DNA of 64,000 nucleotides from an uncultured Bacteriovoracaceae bacterium (GTDB lineage Bacteria; Bdellovibrionota; UBA2428). A program made the position numbers and the translations under genes. The stretch is from contig CAZWNW010000003.1 in assembly GCA_964636255.1 (NCBI GenBank), forward strand, positions 225,441 to 289,440, read 5' to 3'. The notes beneath the pieces were generated by a model that ran no database searches, was not told the DNA's origin, and worked only from the letters and a program-made list of their open reading frames with translations. This document shows, piece after piece, positions 48,333-57,785 of this stretch (the stretch's first letter is position 1; the number at the start of each line of letters is the position of its first letter).

Positions 48333-48890
48333 GTGAAAATCGGCATTCTCGCATTGCAAGGTTGCGTTGAACCACACGAACGGCATCTCAAGGCCTTGGG
48401 TGTAGACACAATTCAAGTACGTCGAGCCGATCAGTTAAATTCCGATCATATTGCAGGACTCATCATTCCCGGAGGCGAAAGCACGACGATGCTTAAACTT
48501 TTGGATCGCTTTCAAATGACCGATGCGCTGAAAAAATTTTCAAAAGATCGACCAGTGTGGGGAATTTGCGCGGGATCTATTTTGATGGCCGCGAAGGTCA
48601 GTCATCCCGAACAGAATTCTTTCGGCATGATCGACATGGATGTCGAGCGCAATTCCTATGGCCGCCAATTGGAAAGTTTTTCCATTCCACTTGCGGGAAA
48701 TTCTGAAGTGGCTTTCATTCGTGCGCCTAAAATATTGCGGCATGGTCCCAACGTGAAAGTGATTGAATCACTTGAAGGCGAGGCTGTTTGGGTTCTGGAA
48801 GGCCGGATGATGGCTTCGACTTTTCATCCCGAGCTATCCCCTGCAGTTCCGTCAACGCTGCATAAATATTTCGTGGAACTTTGTTCCTAG
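48333..48890 (+). CDS. pdxT: pyridoxal 5'-phosphate synthase glutaminase subunit PdxT
   Basis: VKIGILALQG has a GTG start. The catalytic Cys is in GICAGSILMA. It is immediately downstream of pdxS. Confidence 0.85.
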   Translation: MKIGILALQGCVEPHERHLKALGVDTIQVRRADQLNSDHIAGLIIPGGESTTMLKLLDRFQMTDALKKFSKDRPVWGICAGSILMAAKVSHPEQNSFGMIDMDVERNSYGRQLESFSIPLAGNSEVAFIRAPKILRHGPNVKVIESLEGEAVWVLEGRMMASTFHPELSPAVPSTLHKYFVELCS

Positions 48891-48891
48891 T

Positions 48892-50256
48892 TTATTGAAA
48901 AAAATCTGGGGACGAGTCGAAATCCCCAAAGTCAAAAGATAATTGTCCGCGAATTACGATGTCACGAAAGAGATTCATGTCATGGGTTTCACGGCCATGG
49001 GAATCGACAATGTTGGGCAGGCGTAAGAGTGTGAAGGATCGGAATCCGAACTGAGACATGTTGTTTCGAATGTTTTCATAGGCTCTCCGGTAGCCAAAGA
49101 TCGGCAGCGCATTTTCACCGTTCAAAACGACGCCGACTTCGCGAGCGATTGTCGAAACCTCGTGCACAAGTCCCTGGGGCGAACTGTAATTGGGGTGGCC
49201 TGAATTTTCATCGAGTTCAAGACAGGTGAAAGTCAATTCGAGATTCAGTGCGCGCATGGCCGAGAGAATGCTTCGATATTCCATATAACCAGTCGCATAT
49301 TCAGCCGAGTGAGGCATCTCCGGATTGGTGAATTGCCAGTGAAGCCCTGCGATCTTTGCTCCCAATTTTACTTTAAACTTGGGCAGCAAGTTTTCATGGG
49401 CTGCTCGGCTCATGTTTTTCATGTGTTCCAAAAGTGAACCTTGGTACCAGAGCATAAAATCGCGACCATACGCACTTCGTATTCCCGTTCGAAAAAATTG
49501 ATCACCGTCGGTGGGGGGACCGATCTGCTCCCATGATGTAAGAGCACTATTCCAGGCGCGATTGAGCTGATCTAGTGATTGGCCGTACTTATGTCGTAAA
49601 GTGTCCTGAAAGCTGCGAATCGCTAGGGGCGAGTGGGCTTGAATACGGCCCGGCTCGGGATAGCGCCAGCCCGAGGCAGCGTTATAGGAAGGGTAGCGCA
49701 GTTCACCAGCAGGACCCATGCTGATGTAGACTTTTTGAATGATGTCGCGAAAGTCTTGAAAGTGATCGCCGAAGGAGGCGAAGGCCTCGCCATATTGTTC
49801 GTAAGCGCGGCCAAACCAGGGTGCAATGTATTCACCATTCTCGAAACCGTTTTGGTCGCGATAAACCATATTGATACGACCGCCCAGTTGCCAAACCCAA
49901 GAGGGAAGGGGAACATTGCAGTCATCACCCACATTGCCACCGCATTGATGGAAAGAGAGAATCGGAGTCCATTTGAGTCCCTCATCACGAAGGACTTGGG
50001 CGTATTGGCGGTAGTAGTCCCAATCAAAGAGATTGTCGCCGCGCGCTTCGAAATCACCCCACCAGATATCCGTAGTGACTCCGGCCACACCGTTTCTTTT
50101 GAGGGTTTTCAGTTGCTCGCGAAATGAATGCCAATTCTGGATTTTCGTCAATGGCATCATGACGTAGATTTCCGCTGCGAAAGACTGCGCCGAGATCAGA
50201 AATAGAAAACAGGAAAGAAATTTCCTGTGAAAAATATTTGTCAGAGCCCCACTCAT
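48892..50256 (-). CDS. secreted glycoside hydrolase family 14 beta-amylase-like protein
   Basis: The signal peptide is FLSCFLFLISAQSFAAE. GH14 hallmarks are IYVMMPL, DIWWGDFE, ILSFHQCGGNVGDDCNVPLPSWVW, GPAGELRYPSY and GLHWQF. Confidence 0.7.
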   Translation of the reverse strand: MSGALTNIFHRKFLSCFLFLISAQSFAAEIYVMMPLTKIQNWHSFREQLKTLKRNGVAGVTTDIWWGDFEARGDNLFDWDYYRQYAQVLRDEGLKWTPILSFHQCGGNVGDDCNVPLPSWVWQLGGRINMVYRDQNGFENGEYIAPWFGRAYEQYGEAFASFGDHFQDFRDIIQKVYISMGPAGELRYPSYNAASGWRYPEPGRIQAHSPLAIRSFQDTLRHKYGQSLDQLNRAWNSALTSWEQIGPPTDGDQFFRTGIRSAYGRDFMLWYQGSLLEHMKNMSRAAHENLLPKFKVKLGAKIAGLHWQFTNPEMPHSAEYATGYMEYRSILSAMRALNLELTFTCLELDENSGHPNYSSPQGLVHEVSTIAREVGVVLNGENALPIFGYRRAYENIRNNMSQFGFRSFTLLRLPNIVDSHGRETHDMNLFRDIVIRGQLSFDFGDFDSSPDFFQ

Positions 50257-50289
50257 GGCCAGTTGTTAAATTACGATTTTGCCCCGAGG

Positions 50290-51630
50290 TCAACGTCTTC
50301 GCCACTGATTGGCAAGTTCAAGAGCGGCCTCGAAATTTACCACGCCCTCTGTGGTCGAGCGGCCTGTCAGGCTGGGAACACGGACGACGCTTTCTTCGAT
50401 GATCCTCCGCACTTCTGAGGCGAAAAGATGTGGGTGTGCCACGCGGATGCGGGAGGCCAGCGCGGCAACAAAGGGCGCCGCCATTGAAGTGCCGCTCATG
50501 GGAAACTGATCACCGCCTGGGATTCGCGATAGAATATCAACACCCCAGGCTCCCACATTGACTGATTGAGCGCCAAAATTCGAAAAATAGGCGATTTGTC
50601 CCAGAGGGTCGACCGCCAGGACGGTGATGACATTTGGAAACTGCGTGGACAAACTTGCAGGCAGTGCGGCTTCCTGATCGAGATTGGCGCCGCGATTTCC
50701 GGCGGCCACGACAAAGAGAGTCTCGGGATGTTGGCTGAAGAGGCGTCTCCAACGTTCCTCCTCGTAGCGGAAAAGATTGTTTACAAAAAACTCGAAATTT
50801 TTCTGTTGAAGAGGATTTCTCGGGCTATTTGCTCTGAGCATATGCCGCTTTAGATGAGCGAGCCAAAGTCCTTCGGCTTGGATCCGGATCTCTTCGCGGC
50901 TGATGCTGCCGAAGCTGAGGTTCGCGACCGCTGGTCGTGTGGCCGACATGTAGCGTGTAAGAATATCGGCCTGCTGAAATGATTTTTTCGCGAGCGTTCT
51001 TAATACCGCCACCGTTTTTTCTTTGTCATCAAAGATACTTCCCGTATTGAGGTGCTGAAGCTCGGCGCTTGCAAAATTTTGCCTCAAATCGTGAGATGCA
51101 CTTTGAATGTTGGCTGCAAGAATGCGTGTTTTTTCTGCAGAATATTGGGCGATGATTCCGGCAATGTGTGTTCCATGTCCTAGCTCCCCGACTTCCATCA
51201 GAAGTTTTCGCCGGTCAGCTCTTTGTAAAAAGCGAGCGCTTTCTGCGTTTCCCTGTGATTTTGCCCAGACATGGGCGCTGAGTTCCTGAATCTCTAAACG
51301 TCTGCTACGAAAAAAATCAGAAATCCATTCTGGAAGGTGCTCTGGTGAATTCGAAATGATGTTCCAGCCGGACAAATCATCGACAAAGCCGTTACCATCA
51401 TCATCAAGTCCCCCACGACCGGAAAGTTCGGCGGCATTCGTGTCCCGTTTCAGACGAAGTTCCATCGACGCGGTGAAGTCGACAGCCTGGTCAACAACGA
51501 GAACTCGATGACTGATTTGGCTTCCCTCTCCGAAGCCAATCCCCCCAAGGGCGAGGAGCCCAATCCCGATGGTGCGGGACAGGGCTCTCACCCCCGTCAC
51601 ACCCCTCTCTCTCATGAAAAATGAACTCAT
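50290..51630 (-). CDS. secreted S8 subtilisin-family serine peptidase
   Basis: The His motif is GHGTHIAGIIA, the Ser motif is GTSMAAPFVAALAS and the Asn region is VVAAGNRG. The N-terminal signal is ALSRTIGIGLLALGG. Confidence 0.85.
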   Translation of the reverse strand: MSSFFMRERGVTGVRALSRTIGIGLLALGGIGFGEGSQISHRVLVVDQAVDFTASMELRLKRDTNAAELSGRGGLDDDGNGFVDDLSGWNIISNSPEHLPEWISDFFRSRRLEIQELSAHVWAKSQGNAESARFLQRADRRKLLMEVGELGHGTHIAGIIAQYSAEKTRILAANIQSASHDLRQNFASAELQHLNTGSIFDDKEKTVAVLRTLAKKSFQQADILTRYMSATRPAVANLSFGSISREEIRIQAEGLWLAHLKRHMLRANSPRNPLQQKNFEFFVNNLFRYEEERWRRLFSQHPETLFVVAAGNRGANLDQEAALPASLSTQFPNVITVLAVDPLGQIAYFSNFGAQSVNVGAWGVDILSRIPGGDQFPMSGTSMAAPFVAALASRIRVAHPHLFASEVRRIIEESVVRVPSLTGRSTTEGVVNFEAALELANQWRRR

Positions 51631-51732
51631 CACGATTTCAGGGCCATGAAGAGTTAAAAGCTCTTAAAGACGATCTCTAATAATTCGGCATCGTGTCAAG
51701 TTTTTGCTTTTCTTGTTTTTAGGCTCTCGACT

Positions 51733-52422
51733 ATGCTCGCGCCTACTTCAATGTTTGGTTTATCAGAGCAGGAAATCATCGAGTTCTTCAGGCAATCAGC
51801 CTACAGCCCGTGGTCGGTCTACATAACCATTATTTCTCTGATGTACGCCAGTAGTTTTGGTCTTCCTCTTCCAGAAGAAGTTCCCCTAATCGGCGCAGGA
51901 CTTGTGGGGCACATTGCGCATAATCCACACCTCTATCCACCCCCAACACCGGATGCGGTGGCCGTAAATCTCTATGTGCTGGCCAGCGTTTGCCTCTTTG
52001 CCGTCTTTTCTAGTGATCTACTCATCTTTTTTCTCGGGCGATACATGGGAAATCGTTTTCATTCGAGTGCCCGTTTCAAACGAATAACGGATGGTGAAAA
52101 TTATAAACGCATTCAGGCGCGCATCCGTCGAAATGGGGCTTGGGCGAGCGGCGTTTTTCGCTTCACCCCGGGCTTACGCTTTCCTGGCCATTTGGCCTGT
52201 GGGGCATTTGGTATTCCTTTTTGGAAATTTTGCGCCATCGATGGAACGGCGGCGCTGTTGACTGTTCCTACTCAAATTCTTCTTGTGGGTTTTTACGGAG
52301 ATACAATTCTCCGCAACATGAAGATGTTTAAATTTTTTCTCTTAGGTGCTTTGATCATTTTTATTGTTGTGAAGGTCGTCGGGCGCTTTTCTCGTAAAAG
52401 CAATCCGGTCGGGGCCGGATGA
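51733..52422 (+). CDS. DedA/VTT-domain membrane protein
   Basis: It has the GLPLPEEVPLIGAG motif and four hydrophobic segments. Confidence 0.65.
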   Translation: MLAPTSMFGLSEQEIIEFFRQSAYSPWSVYITIISLMYASSFGLPLPEEVPLIGAGLVGHIAHNPHLYPPPTPDAVAVNLYVLASVCLFAVFSSDLLIFFLGRYMGNRFHSSARFKRITDGENYKRIQARIRRNGAWASGVFRFTPGLRFPGHLACGAFGIPFWKFCAIDGTAALLTVPTQILLVGFYGDTILRNMKMFKFFLLGALIIFIVVKVVGRFSRKSNPVGAG

Positions 52423-53441
52423 TCTGGAAATTCTTCCTACGTATTCTTTTTCTCTTTGACGCCGAACGAGTTCATGAATTTTCTGCGCAGCTCTTGGAAT
52501 TTTTGGGGCGATTTTTCCCCCGCACGCTTCGATATCTTGCCAGCGCTCGGGCCCTTGGTCCAGAATCCGCGCGCGATCAGCCGCTGCGAGTAGCCGGACT
52601 TGAGTTTTGGGGTCCCTTAGGCTTGGCCGCAGGCTTCGATAAAAACGGCAGAATGCTCGGTGCTTTGTCGCAGATGGGTTTTTCATTTGTCGAAGTTGGG
52701 ACAGTCACTCCCCGGGCACAGCCTGGAAATGAAAAGCCGCGGCTCTTTCGAATCCCAGAAGAAGAGGCTCTCTTTAATCGCATGGGCTTCAATAACGAAG
52801 GAAGCGATGCCTTGAAATCGCGTCTGCGGGAATTTCAGAAACGAAAGCCGTGGAATTTTCGTGTGGGTATAAATTTAGGAAAGAACAAGGATACGCCGCC
52901 CGAGATGGCGGTAAACGACTACGTATTACTCGCGGAAGATTTAGCAGAATATGCGGATTATCTTGTCATCAATGTCAGTTCGCCGAATACGCCGGGCCTC
53001 CGCAACCTGCAGAGTATCGAAAGTTTGGAGCAGTTACTGCGTGCAACCCGCGGAGCTATAGTGCGCAGCGGATTTTCGCGGCCCCTCTTTCTAAAGCTCG
53101 CCCCTGAACTGGAGCCTGACTTTGTCCAGGAAGTTGCCGAAAAACTTCCGAGCTGGGGCGGCAGCGGATTAATTCTGACCAACACGCTCGCAAGCCAATT
53201 CAAAAATCTCAGCGGTGGATTAAGTGGAGGTCCACTGAAGATTAGATCAAGAGAGATTCTTAAAGCTCTCCGTCGCGTTTCCGATATCCCGGTGATTTCA
53301 GTGGGTGGAATTGATTCACTCGCAGAGGCCAATAAGCGACTGGATCTGGGTGCGAATCTTATACAAATTTATTCGGCGTGGATTTATCGTGGCCCCCGTT
53401 TTCCAGCGAGCATTGCCGCTGGTTTGCGTCGTAAGCCTTAG
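52419..53441 (+). CDS. pyrD: dihydroorotate dehydrogenase (quinone), class 2
   Basis: Motifs are GLEFWGPLGLAAGFDKNG, FSFVEVGTVTPRAQPGNEKPRLFR, MGFNNEG, INVSSPNTPGLRNLQ and a C-terminal ISVGGI. Its ATG overlaps the DedA stop. Confidence 0.9.
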   Translation: MIWKFFLRILFLFDAERVHEFSAQLLEFLGRFFPRTLRYLASARALGPESARDQPLRVAGLEFWGPLGLAAGFDKNGRMLGALSQMGFSFVEVGTVTPRAQPGNEKPRLFRIPEEEALFNRMGFNNEGSDALKSRLREFQKRKPWNFRVGINLGKNKDTPPEMAVNDYVLLAEDLAEYADYLVINVSSPNTPGLRNLQSIESLEQLLRATRGAIVRSGFSRPLFLKLAPELEPDFVQEVAEKLPSWGGSGLILTNTLASQFKNLSGGLSGGPLKIRSREILKALRRVSDIPVISVGGIDSLAEANKRLDLGANLIQIYSAWIYRGPRFPASIAAGLRRKP

Positions 53442-53527
53442 TTTTCACGGACTTTCTATGGTGTGCCCATCTGCTCTCCCCTAATCTCCCTGGTCCGTGG
53501 AATCGAGATTCTGTAAAACACGATCAT

Positions 53528-54025
53528 ATGAAGATTCAAAAACGGATTTCAATGGCATTCACTTTGGGACTCTGCCTTTCCGTCGCTGCTTGGGCCGGAA
53601 GCTCCACCTATCGATTAAATCCCGTCAAGGAACACAGGTACTCTTCTGAGCTGGTGGAACTTTTAAATGGACTGAGCGGTGAATCCGTTGTCTCCATTCG
53701 TGCCAAGTCTGAATGGAAGAAGAGATTTAAAGGAGTCCAGGCGCCGATCTATCTGGAAGACGGTCTCATAGAATTCCAAAGCCCCCTGAACCGCGACAAA
53801 GGTTACGTGGTGACGGCTGAAATTACGCTTGACGATCAAGAGCGTAGCACTTTCTTGGAATCAACTTCCATGGGCGAAAGAGAATGCGAGATTCTCAAAT
53901 CCTTGGTGGGCGCTCTCTCAACGAATAAGATCTCTCTTCAGGCAAATTGTAAGGCGCAGGGACTTAGTCGAAAGGGTACAAAGCAAAGCACGATGAGTGT
54001 GAAAGTGCTTTACTTGGGCCGTTGA
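53528..54025 (+). CDS. secreted hypothetical protein
   Basis: The signal peptide is MKIQKRISMAFTLGLCLSVAAWAGS. Confidence 0.5.
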   Translation: MKIQKRISMAFTLGLCLSVAAWAGSSTYRLNPVKEHRYSSELVELLNGLSGESVVSIRAKSEWKKRFKGVQAPIYLEDGLIEFQSPLNRDKGYVVTAEITLDDQERSTFLESTSMGERECEILKSLVGALSTNKISLQANCKAQGLSRKGTKQSTMSVKVLYLGR

Positions 54026-54098
54026 AGCCGAGTGGAAGTTTTTCACCGCATCATCTAATCTTTCTGAAAGCTTCAAGTTTCTTCCACAAGACCCTATA

Positions 54099-55622
54099 AT
54101 GAAGAGCATGCGTCATCGAGGGCAGACACGTGGTCAGAAATTCGTATTTGCCTTGGCCATCGTGGCACAGATTCGAATGAATCCGGGAAAAAAAGATGTC
54201 TTTATCAAGTTGCCCGGAACCGAGAACTTCGAAAAATTGAACGCGAACGTTTCGAATCTAGCAGAGAATTCCGTTGTTGTGTTGGGAGACAATACGTCGG
54301 TCTATGTCGACTTTGCTGATCCGGCCTTGCCGGATGTCTTGGTGCTTTCGGACAGTGTTTTTCGTCTGAATGCAAGTGATGCAAACTCAGTGGAATTGCA
54401 TTTGCAATCCGGGTCGGCGACGATCGTGGAAGACATCAGCGCTCTTAGTAAAAGTCCAAAGCCGCAGTTTAAAGCTAAGAAGGTATATTTCAAAAAAGGC
54501 GGATCTCCGCGCATCGATTTGGCCCAAAAGAAATCCGAGCTACTACGGAAGCGCGAGCGAATGGTTGTAGAGATACCGAAATCCGAAGATGAAAAAAGCG
54601 CAGCCAAAGCAACTTCGCCGATTGCGGCACCTGCACCTGAACCCATAACTCCGACACCAAAGGCTGAGCTTAGTGCGCCAGTCGCTGCACCTGTCCCGAA
54701 AAGCGTTGCTCCGAAAGTTTCTGTTGATCAAGCTGAAGATGTTGAGTTCAAAGCCAAGGCTGCTGAAGCTAAAGCGGCTGAACGCCGACGCCTCGCGGAT
54801 GAGAAAAGGGAAAAAAGAAGATTGGCCCGCGAAGAAGCGAAAAAGCTTCGAGCAGAGCGCTTGGCTCGCGAGAAATTAGCAAAAGAAAAACAGTCTCCTC
54901 CTGAAACGAAGAAACAAAATCCCAAAAATCTGCAAACTGTCGAATCACGACGAAAATTAAGGCCTGCGGAAAAAACTGAGCCTCCGATTACAGATTCTGC
55001 AAGTGAGTCGGAGGGAATTTGGGAGATTCAAATTGGAAGCGGAATTTCCTACCAATCTTTGAAGGGCGAAAACGATCTTCGTAAACTGGATGCCTCATTG
55101 ACAGCTTTTCCGATTCATCTCGGACTGAAGCGCATCAAGCTTCCTTTCGGATTCGATTTTGCCCTCGCGGCTATGTCGACTCCGCTTCCGGGCCTGGACT
55201 CAACAGCTGAGAAGCTCAGTTTGGATTCGCGTTTGCTGGGCACCTGGAGGTCATTCGGCTTCGGTCTTCGATACTTGCGTGAAGCGGTTTACGTCAGCGC
55301 AAGTGATGGGTTGAACGAGTGGGATTCCTCTGCGCAGTGGGGACTCAGTCTTTCCTATCAGGTTTTGGCACCCCAAGCCGATCAACGATTTTCTTATGAG
55401 CTTCGACCTATAATAGATCTGCTGAAGAGCCGCTTTAATTTCGAATTGCGAGCCGCTTTGCAGTATTTGCCCGCTAGCTGGCCGAACTATGTCTTCGGCC
55501 TGAGTCTCCAGCCTCGATTTCAGATTTGGAACGGCGAGGCGACCGTTTTCGGGGAAAAACGCGATTTTAAAGAAAAACGCTGGGGGCTGACGAGTCTACT
55601 GACCGTGGGGAGGCAATTTTAG
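54099..55622 (+). CDS. hypothetical envelope protein: an N-terminal FecR-like beta-rich region (tentative), a Pro/Ala/Lys-rich charged helical linker (TolA/TonB-like) and a C-terminal beta-barrel-like domain ending in Phe
   Basis: The linker is PAPEPITPTPKAELSAPVAAPVPKS followed by KAAEAKAAERRRLADEKREKRRLAREEAKKLRAERLAREKLAKEK. The C-terminal region has alternating hydrophobic residues and ends TVGRQF. Confidence 0.5.
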   Translation: MKSMRHRGQTRGQKFVFALAIVAQIRMNPGKKDVFIKLPGTENFEKLNANVSNLAENSVVVLGDNTSVYVDFADPALPDVLVLSDSVFRLNASDANSVELHLQSGSATIVEDISALSKSPKPQFKAKKVYFKKGGSPRIDLAQKKSELLRKRERMVVEIPKSEDEKSAAKATSPIAAPAPEPITPTPKAELSAPVAAPVPKSVAPKVSVDQAEDVEFKAKAAEAKAAERRRLADEKREKRRLAREEAKKLRAERLAREKLAKEKQSPPETKKQNPKNLQTVESRRKLRPAEKTEPPITDSASESEGIWEIQIGSGISYQSLKGENDLRKLDASLTAFPIHLGLKRIKLPFGFDFALAAMSTPLPGLDSTAEKLSLDSRLLGTWRSFGFGLRYLREAVYVSASDGLNEWDSSAQWGLSLSYQVLAPQADQRFSYELRPIIDLLKSRFNFELRAALQYLPASWPNYVFGLSLQPRFQIWNGEATVFGEKRDFKEKRWGLTSLLTVGRQF

Positions 55623-55699
55623 CTCCCCTCAGAATTCCGGCAAATTACTAACACCTGAATTTATGCCGAGCCCGGTCACTTTCCGTTAAAATTAGCTCC

Positions 55700-56635
55700 A
55701 TGCGCCTGAATTTTCTCGCATTTCTTTTTTTGGCTGCGAGCGCTGCGTATTCTGCTCCGGCCTTTCACGTTGTGGGAATATCAGAAACGGACGCCAACTT
55801 TGTTAGTGAATCGGGGCGGGCTATCAGCGTGCAGATCTATCTCGAAGACGCCCCTGCGGACACAGTGACTTTCAGCATAACGGCGGATATTCCCGATCAA
55901 ATCGAAGTTTTGCCTGATGCAACTCTTGTTTTTCAAACGACAGAATTCGGTGAGGAGAACGCAAAAACAATTGTTCTGCGGGGTTTGGATAACGATGCGG
56001 CGGAAGCAAACGAGGACGTTATCCTCAGTATAGATCCCGCAGCATCCGCGGATCTGACTTATCAAGCCTTGGCGGCCCAAGATTTTACATTGCAAAACGA
56101 AAACAATGATCCGATTTCTGGAAATCAAAATCCTTCTGCCGTTGTTCTAATCAGTCCCTCCTCTGGAGTGACGGGTCTGACAACGGCGACTGATTTTGTG
56201 ATCGAGCATCCTTTTGATCCCGACAGCGATGAGCTCAAGCTGACGCTTTGTTATGACCAGGTAAATACTTTCGATCAAAGCCCGCGTTGTTTAGATCGCG
56301 ACGAGGATTCACTGGAGCAGATCGCTTTGCGTCAGGGTTCTGTTTGGGGGCAGAGCCAAGTCGCTTGGTCCTTTTCGGGATTGTTGATGCTTGCAGCGCT
56401 TTTCTTGCGATTCCGCCGAACACTGCTGATGCTGCTGGCGCTCGGATTTATTGGGGCTTGCGGAAGCAAAAAACTTCTGGAAAGTTTTCGCATTCAACCG
56501 CGCGCGCGCTGGACCCTAAATTTGGATGAATTGTCAGCCAACCAAACTTACTACTGGAAAGTTTTTGTCAGCGACTCCAAAGGTGGAATTGTCACCAGTG
56601 AAGTGCGGAGCTTTCATAGCGGAGCGAATCCGTGA
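55700..56635 (+). CDS. secreted hypothetical protein with an acidic Calx-beta-like region and internal hydrophobic segments
   Basis: The signal peptide is MRLNFLAFLFLAASAAYSAPA. It has Asp-rich repeats. The internal hydrophobic segments are LLMLAALFLRFRR and LLMLLALGFIGACGS. Confidence 0.45.
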   Translation: MRLNFLAFLFLAASAAYSAPAFHVVGISETDANFVSESGRAISVQIYLEDAPADTVTFSITADIPDQIEVLPDATLVFQTTEFGEENAKTIVLRGLDNDAAEANEDVILSIDPAASADLTYQALAAQDFTLQNENNDPISGNQNPSAVVLISPSSGVTGLTTATDFVIEHPFDPDSDELKLTLCYDQVNTFDQSPRCLDRDEDSLEQIALRQGSVWGQSQVAWSFSGLLMLAALFLRFRRTLLMLLALGFIGACGSKKLLESFRIQPRARWTLNLDELSANQTYYWKVFVSDSKGGIVTSEVRSFHSGANP

Positions 56636-57393
56636 GAAATTATGCTTTGCTCCCTTTTTTGCTTCTATCAATGCCGCTATGGGCACAACAACAGTCCCTG
56701 CCAGCTGCGAAGAAGGAGTCGACCGAGGCTCCACTTGGAGAGGCACAGGCTGTTCAAGAGGTGCGGCGTTTTGTCCAGGAACGCGAGAAATTGAAAGAGT
56801 CCCAGGGAAGTTATTCCGAAACTTCGGCCGCGGGTCCGCCCGTGATTGTTCCCGTTAAAGAAGAAAAGAAAGCTGAGACGAAATCCGACCCCAGTATTTT
56901 TCGACCTAAACGATACTGGGGGCTGCGCGCCGGGGCTTTTTTGCCCGGTGGAGAACTGGGCAGACATACAGGAAGTGGTTGGGGCTTTGGTGGACTACTG
57001 CGAAGCGATTTAGATGCTCGTTTTGAAGTGCAGTTCAATGTGGATTGGATTTACGCTCTCAATTCAAAAAGTGATCAGAAAAATTCTTTGTATCTTTTAC
57101 CTTGGTCGGTGGGGGTACGATTTCCGAAGTCGCTCCCCTTAGTGGCCCGCACTCAAATTGTCCTCGAGCCTTCGCTGGGTGGAGTTTTTTGGTGGTCAAA
57201 AGCTACTCGTTTTTTGGACAACAAGAAGAACCAAGGAAAAGGCTTTGATTTTCTGGCTTCATTTGCTCTGTCCCTCGAATACGAGTGGCAGGAAAATTCA
57301 TTCTTTGCCTTGCCCCTGCGCTATCAGTACGGAGCCGGTTACATCAATCACGCTTGGTGGACATTCGGACTGGAGTGGACGAAAAAGTTTTAG
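56632..57393 (+). CDS. outer-membrane beta-barrel protein (OmpA/OmpW-like porin fold, tentative)
   Basis: The signal peptide is RNYALLPFLLLSMPLWAQQ. Alternating-hydrophobic beta-strand patterns run through the protein. The C-terminus is LEWTKKF, with a terminal Phe. Its GTG start overlaps the upstream stop. Confidence 0.55.
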   Translation: MRNYALLPFLLLSMPLWAQQQSLPAAKKESTEAPLGEAQAVQEVRRFVQEREKLKESQGSYSETSAAGPPVIVPVKEEKKAETKSDPSIFRPKRYWGLRAGAFLPGGELGRHTGSGWGFGGLLRSDLDARFEVQFNVDWIYALNSKSDQKNSLYLLPWSVGVRFPKSLPLVARTQIVLEPSLGGVFWWSKATRFLDNKKNQGKGFDFLASFALSLEYEWQENSFFALPLRYQYGAGYINHAWWTFGLEWTKKF

Positions 57394-57785
57394 AAATCGG
57401 ATTTAGAAAATCGGGCCTTGCCTTGATTTTTTCCCGGGGGATCCAAAACGCTAAGATCCAGCAGAAGTTTTTCGCCGATCCAATCAGCCAAAGTTGTGTG
57501 GTCTGCGAGGTCGTCATCGGTCAACGGGTGAAGGAGCGCCCGAAGTCCACTTTCAAGGATTAATTCCTTTATAGATTCCAAATCCCTCTCTAAGAAGTGA
57601 ATTTCAAACTGAGGGATGGGGTGGGGGCCGACGGGAGCATCTCTGAGTCCGCCCACATAACTGAGTCCGACTGGGTCCTTTCGGCGCAGCCTCTCTTGAA
57701 AAATTTTTTGCAGGCTGATTGCCTTCTCTCTCTCTTCTGCAGTGTAATAAATGTGGGCATGAAAAGGGTTCTTATCTTTAGTCAT
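57390..57785 (-). CDS. DOPA 4,5-dioxygenase-family (YgiD-like) protein
   Basis: 131 aa. The N-terminus is NPFHAHIYYTAEEREKA, characteristic of the DOPA-dioxygenase family. It overlaps the upstream GDPD gene by 8 nt. Confidence 0.6.
   Translation of the reverse strand: MTKDKNPFHAHIYYTAEEREKAISLQKIFQERLRRKDPVGLSYVGGLRDAPVGPHPIPQFEIHFLERDLESIKELILESGLRALLHPLTDDDLADHTTLADWIGEKLLLDLSVLDPPGKNQGKARFSKSDF

Noticed and set aside
54600-54900. Nucleotide-level repeats (gcacctg..., aaagc/gaagc runs) that might be a tandem DNA repeat
   Set aside because: They are explained by the low-complexity Pro/Ala and Lys/Glu/Ala coding of the TolA-like linker, not by a non-coding repeat.
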